From the NCBI GenBank assembly GCA_002104945.1, contig MCFH01000052.1, positions 248,001-312,000 on the forward strand: a stretch of 64,000 bases of DNA, written 5' to 3'. The stretch is from Piromyces finnis finn. Lineage: Eukaryota > Fungi > Neocallimastigomycota. Under the pieces are notes generated by a model, which worked only from the letters and a program-made list of their open reading frames with translations, was not told the DNA's origin and searched no databases. The position numbers and the translations under genes were made by a program. Shown here one piece after another: positions 50,007-61,458 of the stretch. How positions within the stretch are numbered: position 1 is the first letter of the stretch; every line of letters begins with the position of its first letter.

Positions 50007-53000
50007 ATGTCCCAACAATTCATTTTAGCCAATGACCAACGTCTTCATGGAAAGTCCAACTTTGATACTTGGAGTCTTTTAATCAAGGCAGCCGCCACTA
50101 GACAGGGTCTAACTAGCTACCTTGAACAAGACATAGTTGGAACCATTAAAGACAACAACTTTGAGATAAACCTTAATCTCAAAGATGAATATAATATGGC
50201 TATTATGAGGATTATTGCTGAAGCCGCGGACTACCGTCCTAACAGCAATCTTGCGTCTGTTTATAAAACCCTCATTAAGACTACGGGGGAGGACGCCAAT
50301 ACAAGCAGCAACATTAATAACAATGTTGTAGCCGCCAATAAATTGGCAAACTTGTCAATTTATAAGGCCGAGATTATATCAGCGGCTGAAAAGCTAAATG
50401 CTGATACTTACCTTATGATCATTCAAAATGTGGATGAGAAGATCCTCAGAGAGATTGGTCATAGTTCCAATAGTTACCAAGTATTCAAAAAGTTGAATAC
50501 AAAATACGGTAACGCCAATGCAGACATTGAATACTGGCTAAAGAAGTTAAGAAAATTACATACAGAAGATGTAAGCAAAGTCAGTAAAACAATCGATAAA
50601 ATCAAGGAAATCTTCCTTGAGATGTCTGAATTAAAAATGTCCTTAAGTGAAAGGGAAAAACTAAAATATATGTACAATTCCCTTCCAAGAAGTGTCAAGA
50701 ACCAAGTAAGTGTAACCTTAGATGAAACTTATGATCAGCTCTATGAGAAGGTCAAAAGTTATATCAACGCCAAATCCTACTTCGAAGATTGGACCAACAA
50801 CGACCAAGATGAAGATGACGAAGTTGATGATCCAATGGATGTTGATTTTGTTAGTAGAGAAAACAAATCAACAAAGAATAAAAGCTACGGTAATAGAAGA
50901 AATATAAACAGAAGTCACCGTACCTACTGCCATATCTGTTGTGAACATGGACACTCTACCGAAATGTGTGAATACAACCAAAAGGCCAAAATGGAAAGGG
51001 ACCAAAGAAAAAACAACAACAGGGCCTTTAACCAAAGTAAACAAAAGAGAAATTCACAACAAGGGAGGCAAGTTCACAAGAAAAAACAACAAAAGAAATT
51101 CGAACAAGAAGTAGATTTCGTCGAAGACTATGACGATAATGAAAATTATGGAATTAACGTAGAATTCGAAGATATCAGACCTCTGACAGAAAGAAATATC
51201 TACCTAATTGAAAAGGATGAAGTTACAGAGGAAGACACTCCTAACACAAAGGATATAGATTATGTGTATGGAGAAAATAAATACGACGAATGGTTCTATG
51301 ATACTGGTGCCGCCGAACATATCGTTAATAATAAGGACATTCTAGAGAACTTCACAGAAGAGCACATTCAACTTAGATGTGCAAATGGAACTACATGTGA
51401 ATTTAGTGGTTATGGTTCATATGAGTTTAAGGTAAAAGACAAAACTTACAAGTTAGAAAAAGTTTTGTACTCAGACAAAGTTAGCAAGAATTTAATTAGT
51501 GGTGTAGGACTTGCTAAAGTTGGTTTAAGAAGCATTATAGATATTACTGATGATGGAAAAGTCAGGCTTATTTTCAAGGACTCTGAAAATAAAAATATAA
51601 TGCAAACGTATTCAAATGAATTAAACCAATTTAAAATTAAGCTCATAAACATTGATAAAAAGATAAATGAACCATTTATTGCAAATTTTGAAGATGATTT
51701 AGGTATATGGCATAAGAGATTAGGCCATTTCTACCAGAAGGATCTGAAGAAATACCTAAAACAACATAAAATTAAAGTAACTCCTTGCCTAGACTGTAAA
51801 ATATCTAAAATGAAGAAGTCTCCACATAACAAAACTGTACCCAAAGCCGGAAGAGTTCTAGAGACTATTCACTCCGATATTTCAGGCCCGTTTAATTCAT
51901 CCGTCAATAATAAGAAGTATTTTATGACTATGCTGGATGAATACTCAAGAAAACTCTGGATTTATACTCTCAAGTCAAGGTCTGAGGCACCGGACATTAT
52001 TAATGAATTCCTAAAGAATGCCAATAATACTTTTGACAAATATAAAGTCAAAACATTCAAGACAGATGGTGCAAAAGAGTATAATAGTAGTAAAGTTATA
52101 AAATATTGTAAGGAAAACGGTATATCTAAGATAAATTCACCTCCTTACATACATGAATTAAATGGTAAAGCAGAAAGAATAAACCAAACAATTCAAAATT
52201 CTGCTAAAACGCTTTTATATTGGGCTAAATTATCTGAAGACTTTTGGAGTTTTGCTGTTAAATATTCTTGTTATATTTACAACAAAATACCACACCAAGG
52301 AAACGATAACTTAATTCCTGATGAAGTGTTTACGAACGAGGAAGCCGATCTAAAATACCTAAAGGTATTTGGATGCATATGCTACTTTAAGGACTATTCT
52401 CTTAAAAAGTCAAAATTCGCGCCTAACTCGAAGGAAGGAATATTTCTTGGGCTCAGTGAAGCACATCACTCATATATCGTCATGGAGATATGTGGTGATA
52501 AACTTAAAATCCACTATTCTAGGGAAATAGAATGCTGTGAAGATAAGCCGGCACATTATAATTATAAAAATAAAAATATAAACGATCCGTATTTCTCTTT
52601 CAATGATTCATATAATATCAATAATTACGACAGAAAGGACCCCTCAGAATCATCAAAGAACAACAACAATACGGATACAAATTCAATCATAAATAAAGAA
52701 AATAATAACACAGAAAGGACTACTTCCAAGAAAATGGTGAATATCCACTCCAAATATAAAGACGAAGAGATAACTACCAAAGAAAAAGAAGAAACTAATA
52801 TAAGGACTAATATTAATTCCAAAATTGAAGAAAATTCAAAAAACAATTTAAACAGTAATTTAAAAAGCGACACTCAAACCAATAACAAAAATAATAATTC
52901 AAATTCGAAATTTAATAAAAATAAATTTACAAATGACATTTTAAAAGTTTTAGAAGAAATTGCAAATGACAATTGCAATTTCGAAAAGAAAAATTGCAAA

Positions 53001-55166
53001 ATTTCTAATAATATTGACGAAAATAATAAATACCAATATCCTGTAACTCCTGGTCCTGATTACGTTTGTTATGGTAATACTCTTGCCGACAAAAACAAAA
53101 ATGAAATCATTAAAAATCCTGAATATTATAAAAATTCTCCTACTGAATATTCTACCACCGAAAATATTTCCTATACCAAAAATACTGGTGAAAATACTAC
53201 TGAATATCCTAATACTGATCATAGTGAAAAAAATTTTATTAATAAAAATTTTTCAAAAATTCAAATTAAAAATGAAGACATTCTATTGGATGATAAACCA
53301 AATAATCCACGTCATAATTCTAGCAAAAATTCTAACGTTACACAGGATAATTCTACCTACTCTGATAATATTCACATTGATGATACTAAAAATTTAAATT
53401 CAAAAATTTCTGATTCTCCTGATATGACACGTGATTCCCATTCTTATATTTCAGATGACAATAAATCTATGGATGATCCTGATCCAAACTTGGAAGATGA
53501 AAATGATATCATGGATGATATCATGGCCGATAAATCTGATGATTCCTACCATCCTGAAAGAAAAAGGCCTTGCAGTCCTACCTCTCTGAATAATTCCAGT
53601 ACTCCTAAGAAGCACAAAAACAAATTTATAGCTACCGTTTTTACTGATGCTCCCACTACGTACAAAGAAGCTATGTCTTGTACGAATTCTAAATATTGGA
53701 AAGCAGCCATTCAAGATGAATTAAATAATTTATATTCTAACAAAATTATGTCCCTGGTTAAAAATATCCCAAAAAACAAGAATATTATATCTACCAAATG
53801 GGTTTTTGCTGTTAAAAGGGACAGCAATAATAATATTGTACGTTTTAAAGCTAGACTTGTCGCTAGAGGTTTCCGTCAAAAACAAGGTATTGATTTTGAC
53901 TTAACCTATTCCCCTACATTAAATATTGACAGCCTAAAATTTATTATTGCTATTGCTGCAAAATTTAAGTGGGATATATATCAGCTTGATATAAAAGCTG
54001 CCTACCTCAATGCTCCATTGGATACAGATATTTATACCACAATTCCGCTTGGAGATAGCACCTTTGGGGGAGGATACTGGAAGCTGAATAAAGCTCTCTA
54101 TGGTTTAAAACAATCAGGAAGACAATGGAATAAAACAATAGATAAATTCCTGAAAAATAATAACTTTAAACCATTAAAATCCGAACCATGTATTTATACG
54201 TTAAAAGAAAATAAATACGTAAAATGTATAATTGGTCTATATGTAGACGACATGGTTATAATTGGAAAAACAAATACAATAGAGAGAGTAATAAGCAAAA
54301 TTAAAAGTAGATTTAAAATATCAAATAGCGGCCCTATTAGTTACATTCTAGGAATAAAGATTGAAAAGAAAGGATCCAAATACATTATTTCCCAAGAGAA
54401 TTACATTAATAATGTATTACAAAGATTTCATATGGAAAACGTACGTAGAAGAAATACGCCATGTACAACAACCGACAAGAACACCTCAAATAATAACCAA
54501 TTTGATAAAACAAAATATAAAAGTGCAATAGGTGCATTAATATATCTGTCAAAATGTACAAGACCGGATATAGCGTTTGCAGTAAACAAAGCTGCAAGAA
54601 AATCTGAAAATCCAACAGTATCTGACTGGAATACAATTGTAAATATTTTCAGATACATATCTACTACCAAACATTACAAAATCGAATACAGTGGAGAAGG
54701 AAAAATACAAGGATACACTGATTCGGACTACGGAGGCGCAGAAGACTTTAAATCTACCTCTGGAGGGATAATCCTAATGGGAAATAGCCCAATATGCTGG
54801 TTATCCAAGAAACAAACTTGTGTGGCAACATCTACCGCTGAGGCTGAGTACATTAGTACGTCCATGAATACGAAGAAAATCTTATGGATCAAAAACATGG
54901 TGGACGAAATTTTTAATTACAACAAAAATATAACTTTATTCACCGACAACAAAGCAAGCAAGAAAATAATAGAAAACGGTGAAATAAACACAAAGTTAAA
55001 ACACATAAATATACACTACCACTTCATTATTGACAACATAGAAAAGAACAATATAAAAATCGAATATGTAAATACTAAAGAAATGTTAGCTGACCCTCTA
55101 ACTAAAGATCTACCTGGTCCAAGAATGTTTGATTATACAAATAAGATATTCTTAAAGAAAATCTAA
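50007..55166 (+). CDS. gag-pol: Copia-1 Gag-Pol polyprotein (first ATG at 50007; track ORF starts at TTG 49986)
   Basis: CHICCEHGHSTEMC, YDTGAA, WHKRLGH, HSDISG/TDGAKEY/AER integrase, KARLVARGF, YVDD, TDSDY...AEAEY...ADPLTK. Confidence 0.98.
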   Translation: MSQQFILANDQRLHGKSNFDTWSLLIKAAATRQGLTSYLEQDIVGTIKDNNFEINLNLKDEYNMAIMRIIAEAADYRPNSNLASVYKTLIKTTGEDANTSSNINNNVVAANKLANLSIYKAEIISAAEKLNADTYLMIIQNVDEKILREIGHSSNSYQVFKKLNTKYGNANADIEYWLKKLRKLHTEDVSKVSKTIDKIKEIFLEMSELKMSLSEREKLKYMYNSLPRSVKNQVSVTLDETYDQLYEKVKSYINAKSYFEDWTNNDQDEDDEVDDPMDVDFVSRENKSTKNKSYGNRRNINRSHRTYCHICCEHGHSTEMCEYNQKAKMERDQRKNNNRAFNQSKQKRNSQQGRQVHKKKQQKKFEQEVDFVEDYDDNENYGINVEFEDIRPLTERNIYLIEKDEVTEEDTPNTKDIDYVYGENKYDEWFYDTGAAEHIVNNKDILENFTEEHIQLRCANGTTCEFSGYGSYEFKVKDKTYKLEKVLYSDKVSKNLISGVGLAKVGLRSIIDITDDGKVRLIFKDSENKNIMQTYSNELNQFKIKLINIDKKINEPFIANFEDDLGIWHKRLGHFYQKDLKKYLKQHKIKVTPCLDCKISKMKKSPHNKTVPKAGRVLETIHSDISGPFNSSVNNKKYFMTMLDEYSRKLWIYTLKSRSEAPDIINEFLKNANNTFDKYKVKTFKTDGAKEYNSSKVIKYCKENGISKINSPPYIHELNGKAERINQTIQNSAKTLLYWAKLSEDFWSFAVKYSCYIYNKIPHQGNDNLIPDEVFTNEEADLKYLKVFGCICYFKDYSLKKSKFAPNSKEGIFLGLSEAHHSYIVMEICGDKLKIHYSREIECCEDKPAHYNYKNKNINDPYFSFNDSYNINNYDRKDPSESSKNNNNTDTNSIINKENNNTERTTSKKMVNIHSKYKDEEITTKEKEETNIRTNINSKIEENSKNNLNSNLKSDTQTNNKNNNSNSKFNKNKFTNDILKVLEEIANDNCNFEKKNCKISNNIDENNKYQYPVTPGPDYVCYGNTLADKNKNEIIKNPEYYKNSPTEYSTTENISYTKNTGENTTEYPNTDHSEKNFINKNFSKIQIKNEDILLDDKPNNPRHNSSKNSNVTQDNSTYSDNIHIDDTKNLNSKISDSPDMTRDSHSYISDDNKSMDDPDPNLEDENDIMDDIMADKSDDSYHPERKRPCSPTSLNNSSTPKKHKNKFIATVFTDAPTTYKEAMSCTNSKYWKAAIQDELNNLYSNKIMSLVKNIPKNKNIISTKWVFAVKRDSNNNIVRFKARLVARGFRQKQGIDFDLTYSPTLNIDSLKFIIAIAAKFKWDIYQLDIKAAYLNAPLDTDIYTTIPLGDSTFGGGYWKLNKALYGLKQSGRQWNKTIDKFLKNNNFKPLKSEPCIYTLKENKYVKCIIGLYVDDMVIIGKTNTIERVISKIKSRFKISNSGPISYILGIKIEKKGSKYIISQENYINNVLQRFHMENVRRRNTPCTTTDKNTSNNNQFDKTKYKSAIGALIYLSKCTRPDIAFAVNKAARKSENPTVSDWNTIVNIFRYISTTKHYKIEYSGEGKIQGYTDSDYGGAEDFKSTSGGIILMGNSPICWLSKKQTCVATSTAEAEYISTSMNTKKILWIKNMVDEIFNYNKNITLFTDNKASKKIIENGEINTKLKHINIHYHFIIDNIEKNNIKIEYVNTKEMLADPLTKDLPGPRMFDYTNKIFLKKI

Positions 55167-56361
55167 TTTGAGGGGGAGTGTGAACATTTATGGACACATA
55201 ATTTTATTTATCTATATCATATATTTATTACACACGTGACTATTTTATAAAAACATAAACATGTATTAAAAGTGTTGTAAACGTAATGTCTACGTGTTGT
55301 AGAGAAAGTTATTTTTTATTTATTTTATTTTATTTTTATGGTCACATGACCTTACATCTCATTATATAACTGTAATATTTACAATGTAACTTTTTCTCTT
55401 TGTTAACCTTATTAATAAAATTATTTATTAATTAAATTTATTTCACAAATATAAATGATAATATATTTAATAACTATATAATTAAGATTATAACTATAAT
55501 CTTTACAAAGGATTAAAATCGAATTCAATTCATTCTCTTCTATATTTTTTGTTCAGATTATTAAATTGATAAAAATAAAGTATTACATGTAATATATTAA
55601 TAATATAATTAAATAAGTAATAAGATTGTTTGTTTGTTTGTTTGTTTTGTCATGACATAAAATAAAATAAACATATGATTAATCATTTAAACACTTAATC
55701 CATTAACCTATTTTATAATAATTAAAATTATTTAATTTATAAATGTTAACTGTTACACCTAAATGGTTTAGTTCTATTTTTAGTAACAGTCACTATCATT
55801 AATTAAATTAATATAATTAAAATTTCTATTGATATCTTTTTAATTTTCGTCAAGTCATAAGAAATGTCTATGATCCATACTTGATATCATATTAATTTTA
55901 ATTTACTTATTAAAATCTTCAAATGACCATATCTTTCTTAAATGACCAGTTAGAAGGACCGCGATTATACCAAAATATAGCTTTTTCCTTAAGCTTTCTA
56001 ATAAACCCGGTTTCACAGCCGTAGTACTTATAGCCGTAGCGTTCGTTTTTGGCGAGTTATGCCTTGTTTCGTGTTTGTTTATTTTTGGTTAAGGGTTATA
56101 GTGTATTGATATTAAATTTTTGAAATCATAACCCTTTCACTGAATCAAAATTTAAAAGGTGACTTTTAAAGATGTTTTAAAATAATCATTGAAATTATTT
56201 AATTATAATTATTATGTTTAATTAATTATAGATATTATCTGAATTTGTTTTAAATCCAGTTAATATCTTCACATCGTGTTTATTCAGTTAGTTTTTATTA
56301 TGTTTTTATGTGAGTAGTGTTTCAAATAATGATAAATAATTAAATTTATAAATTATGAATT

Positions 56362-56407
<46 letters not shown>

Positions 56408-56878
56408 TTAAAACATAGATAGTTAAAAATTAAAATAATTAATATGTATAAAATTATTAAATTAAAAACTATAAATGTAAACTTTTTGTCTATTTAATTG
56501 TTTATTTATTTTTAAATTAAATAGTTTATATTTGTTTATAATTATACTTTAAAATAATAATTTTGTATAAATAGTAATAGAAAATGTTCTTTTTAAAAGA
56601 TGTTCCTATGTTCCTAATAATCCAGTAAAATTAGATAATAATATTAAATTTTATTAAAATAATAGTTGTGATTATATTTACATACATTCAAGATGTATTA
56701 AACCATATATTTAATAATACAAGAGTTATTAAATATTAAAACTTTATAATTAAATAAAATAATTTTATATTTTAAACTAACAAAGACTTGCAAATGAACA
56801 AGTATAAAAATCATTTATTCTATTTTTATTTTCTTATTTATTTTTATTTATTAAATTTTAGATACAAATATTATCACT

Positions 56879-58027
56879 TGTAAAAGTTTTACTAAACTTA
56901 TAATTTAATATTAAAATATTAAATTAAATAAAAGGTTAAAAGATAACTAGGTTAGAAAAAAAAATGTTTTATTAAAATAATCTTAATTGATTTATAAATG
57001 AATAATTAAATTATATATTATGGTTAAAATAATTTCTTTTATTTTATTTAATGATATATTGCTAAAATATATAATAATAAGATTATTTAGTAGTAATACT
57101 CATTAAGTATTAATTATTATTAATAGTTAATAATTTCTAGTTAATAATCTATAGCTAATAATTCATAGTTAATAATTTATAGTTAATAATTTATAGTTAA
57201 TAATTTATAGTTAATAATTTTTGGTTAATAATCTTTACAAAGATTTTAATTTCATAACTATTCTAAACTATTTATACTATTTGTAATTTTACATTTAATA
57301 ATAAAATAACTTTTCAATACATGATTATATTCATAATATATTTTATAATACTTAAACTAAACTTAAGACTTATTCCTAATTATTAAAAAATAACTATTGT
57401 TTATAATATTCATAATATTAATTATTTCTTAATTATGATATAATTCATTGAATATAATATTAATAATTATAATCCTCTAGTTCAAAGATTATAAATTATG
57501 TTATTGAAATAATTATTATAAAATAAAGTTAATTAGTTCCGGAAAATAATTTTAATTTAATTAAACAATAATTTTTATACTTTGAGTGAATGATTTATGT
57601 TTGATATATCAGGGGTGATCATTCTCTGAATAAACAATTAATCATTGCTAACAAAATATCTTTAAATTGGAATATCTCGTGAACCAGCAGAGATATTGAC
57701 CTGATTTTAAGATATGTTGTTTGTCTCGAGCGTGGCTTTCTAACGAATGTAATTATAACCAAAATATTTTTATTCAAAAATCGTCATTCGTTGAGGAGAT
57801 ACGCGTGTTTTTCCTTATTCCATTTTAACGATAAGGGTTAAAGTTATTTATTATAAAAATTATTAAGGGTTAAGGTCATATTTTAACCTTTTCTAAATTT
57901 TTAAATATTTCTTAATAAAATTTTATAATTTATTTGAAAATAAAATATTTGTTGATTTTGAAATTTCATAAGTGATTTCACAATTCCAAGTGATCTTGAA
58001 ATTGTATTTTCACTAGTATTCGTGACA
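56879..58027 (-). mobile_element. Solo LTR-B (1149 bp)
   Basis: TG...CA, flanked by TCACT/TCACT. Confidence 0.92.
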
Positions 58028-58032
58028 TCACT

Positions 58033-59164
58033 TGTTAAGTTTTTGGGTTTGGTTATGCGGCCAGGTCAGAATGTTATTAATTATATAGTAAAAATGTTTT
58101 TTAAGAAATTAAATTTAATTATAAAATAACACCTTAAACTCCCAAATGAAAAATGAAAAATTTATATTTACTTTAAAATAACTTTTTATAAATTTTTTAT
58201 TTATTTAATAATAATAATATAAATGATATTATAAGTAACTATATAATTAAGATTATAACTATAATCTTTACAAAGAATTAAAATCGAATTCAATTCATTC
58301 TCTTTTATATTCTTTGTTCAGATTATTAAATTGATATTAATAAGAATAAAGTATTACATGTAATATATTAGTAATATAATTAAATAAGTAATAAGATTGT
58401 TTGTTTGTTTGTTTGTTTGTCATGACATAAAATAAAATAAACATATGATTAATCATTTAAACAGTTGATCCTAATTAGTAATTATAAAAACTATTCAATT
58501 AATAATTCATCATTATTAATTGATATTACCATAACATATTTGTTATAATTAAATAATTATTATTTTCAAAATTATTTCTAATAAAACTTGCCGTTAACCT
58601 ATTTTATAATAATTAAGATTATTTAATTTATAGGTGTTAACTGTTACACCTAAATGGGTCTAGTTCTATTTTTAGTAACAATCGTTATCATTAATTAAAT
58701 TAATATAACTAAAATTCCTATTGATATATTTTTAATTTCATCAAGTCATAAGAAATATTTATGATCCATACTTGATATCATATTGATTTTAATTTACCTA
58801 ATAAAATCTTTAAATGATCATAACTTCCTTAAATGATCAGTTAGAAGGACCGCGATTGTACCAAATTGTAGCTTTCTTCCTAAGCTTTCCAATAAACCTA
58901 GTTTCATCACCGTAGCACTTACAGCCGTAGCGATCGTTTTTGGCGAGTTACACCTTATTTCGTACTTGCTTATTTTTGGTTAAGGGTTATAGTGTATTGA
59001 TATTAAATTTTTGAAATCATAACCCTTTCACTGAATCAAAATTTAAAAGGTGACTTTTAAAAGTGTTTTAAAATAATTATTGAAATTATTTAATTATAAT
59101 TATTATGTTTAATTAATTATAGATATTATCTGAATTTGTTTTAAATCCAGTTAATATCTTCACA
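58033..59164 (-). mobile_element. Solo LTR-A (1132 bp, with ~120-bp internal insert)
   Basis: TG...CA, flanked by TCACT/TCACT. Confidence 0.92.
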
Positions 59165-59169
59165 TCACT

Positions 59170-60315
59170 TGTCACGAATACTAGTGAAATTACAATTTCA
59201 AGATCACTTGGAATTGTGAAATCACTTATGAAAATTCAAAATCAACAAATATTTTATTTTCAAATAAATTATAAAATTTTATTAAGAAATATTTAAAAAT
59301 TTAGGAAAGGTTAAAATATGACCTTAACCCTTAATAATTTTTATAATAAATAACTTTAACCCTTATCGTTAAAATGGAATAAGGAAAAACACGCGTATCT
59401 CCTCAACGAATGACGATTTTTGAATAAAAATATTTTGGTTATAATTACATTCGTTAGAAAGCCACGCTCGAGACAAACAACATATCTTAAAATCAGGTCA
59501 ATATCTCTGCTGGTTCACGAGATATTCCAATTTAAAGATATTTTGTTAGCAATGATTAATTGTTTATTCAGAGAATGATCACCCCTGATATATCAAACAT
59601 AAATCATTCACTCAAAGTATAAAAATTATTGTTTAATTAAATCAAAATTATTTTCCGGAACTAATTAACTTTATTTTATAATAATTATTTCAATAACATA
59701 ATTTATAATCTTTGAACTAGAGGATTATAATTATTAATATTATATTCAATGAATTATATTATAATTAAGAAATAATTAATATTATGAATATTATAAACAA
59801 TAGTTATTTTTTAATAATTAGGAATAAGTCTTAAGTTTAGTTTAAGTATTATAAAATATATTATGAATATAATCATGTATTGAAAAGTTATTTTATTATT
59901 AAATGTAAAATTACAAATAGTATAAATAGTTTAGAATAGTTATGAAATTAAAATCTTTGTAAAGATTATTAACCAAAAATTATTAACTATAAATTATTAA
60001 CTATAAATTATTAACTATAAATTATTAACTATGAATTATTAGCTATAGATTATTAACTAGAAATTATTAACTATTAATAATAATTAATACTTAATGAGTA
60101 TTACTACTAAATAATCTTATTATTATATTTTAGTAATATATTATTAAATAAAATAAAAGAAATTATTTTAACCATAATATATAATTTAATTATTCATTTA
60201 TAAATCAATTAAGATTATTTTAATAAAACATTTTTTTTCTAACCTAGTTATCTTTTAACCTTTTATTTAATTTGATATTTTAATATTAAATTATAAGTTT
60301 AGTAAAACTTTTACA
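59170..60315 (+). mobile_element. Solo LTR-B (1146 bp), opposite orientation
   Basis: Near-perfect reverse complement of 56879-58027; flanked by TCACT/TCACT. Confidence 0.92.
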
Positions 60316-60372
60316 TCACTTTCTATATTCCTTTATAGAATTAAGATAATATCCTCTTCGTATCAATAAATT

Positions 60373-60867
60373 TGTAAAAGGTTTTTATATATATTAGTTA
60401 ATAGGTTAAGTATAACAAGTTAATTAAGTTAGTTATTACCTCTCTATACGAGTTAATAACTAAATAAAGTTTTATAAAAAATAATAAAAGAACTAAAATA
60501 AATATTATAACACAAAAATAAATATAAAACAAATAAATATTAATATGAAATATTATTTACTTAAATAATTATTATAATTATTATCTTTTATTTATTAGTT
60601 ATAATTATATACATTAATTATTATTATAGCTATTAATTTACTTTAATACTAACGCTAAAGTATTTAACGTTAGTTTTAACTATACTATTTAACTATATTA
60701 GTTTATTTTCTTTACCACTTGATTGGGTAAAGCAAATAAACTTCCTATTTAATTAATAACCATTAATATATGGTTATACATATATCTGGCCAATAAATGG
60801 TGACCAGAATATATGGTTTCAATTGAAATATTTGTGGGCAAACTTATGGCCACAAATATTTCTTACA
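60373..60867. mobile_element. Solo LTR-E (495 bp; empty AATTG site)
   Basis: TGTAAAAGG...TTCTTACA; homologous to 4114-5147. Confidence 0.75.
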
Positions 60868-61447
60868 ATGATAAATAATTAAATTTATAAATTATGAATT
60901 TATAATAATAATAATAATAATAATAATATTAAAACACAGATAGTTGAAAATTAAAATAATTAACATGTATAAAATTATTAAATTAAAAACTATAAATGTA
61001 AACTTTTTGTCTATTTAATTGTTTATTTAGTTTTAAATTAAATAGTTTATATTTGTTTATAATTATACTTTAAAATAATAATTTTGTATAAATAGTGATA
61101 GAATTATTTTATTTTAAAAGATGTTCCTAATAATCCAGTAAAATTAGATAATAATATTAAATTTTATTAAAATAATAGTTGTGATTATATTTACATACAT
61201 TCAAGATGTATTAAACCATAACATATATATATTTAATAATACAAGAGTTATTAAATATTAAAACTTTATAATTAAATAAAATAATTTTATATTTTAAACT
61301 AACAAAGACTTGCAAATGAACAAGTATAAAAATCATTCATTCTATTTTTATTTTCTTATTTATTTTTATTTATTAAATTTTAGATACAAATATTATCACT
61401 TTCTATATTCATTTATAGAATTAAGATAATATTTTCTACGTATCAAA

Positions 61448-61458
61448 TGGTGGAGAAT
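61448..61458 (+). promoter_or_regulatory. PBS TGGTGGAGAAT complementary to a tRNA-Ala 3' end
   Basis: Implies a primer ending AUUCUCCACCA, i.e. A73 and U70 (G3:U70 is the Ala identity pair). Confidence 0.75.

Larger units (their letters stand above)
49653..55447 (+). mobile_element. Copia-1: intact, very recent Ty1/Copia element
   Basis: LTRs 49653-49922 and 55179-55447 differ by one T in a homopolymer; TSD AATAT; PPT GAGGGGGAG. Confidence 0.97.
49462..56273 (-). mobile_element. Solo LTR-A interrupted by Copia-1
   Basis: TG...CA, TSD TCGTG (49457-49461, 56274-56278). Confidence 0.92.
47769..56324. mobile_element. LTR-H copy 2 (~1.1 kb) hosting the TCGTG stack
   Basis: 47769-48828 plus 56274-56324; empty Copia-2 site. 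Confidence 0.65.
56330..60365 (+). mobile_element. Solo LTR-G hosting the TCACT triple stack
   Basis: TGATAAAT...CGTATCA, 4-bp TSD ATAA; contains an (AAT)n run at 56363-56406. Confidence 0.85.

Noticed and set aside
802-54670. Short antisense or overlapping track ORFs (e.g. 802..1014, 7612..7968, 10337..10894, 40844..41125, 52625..53222, 54406..54670)
   Set aside because: Shadows of real pol frames; no motifs.
58470-58590. ~120-bp insert within LTR-A as a MITE
   Set aside because: No TIR or TSD visible.
56879-60315. Foldback/MULE DNA transposon with 1.1-kb TIRs
   Set aside because: Each arm has its own TG...CA ends and TSD and occurs singly elsewhere; these are solo LTRs.
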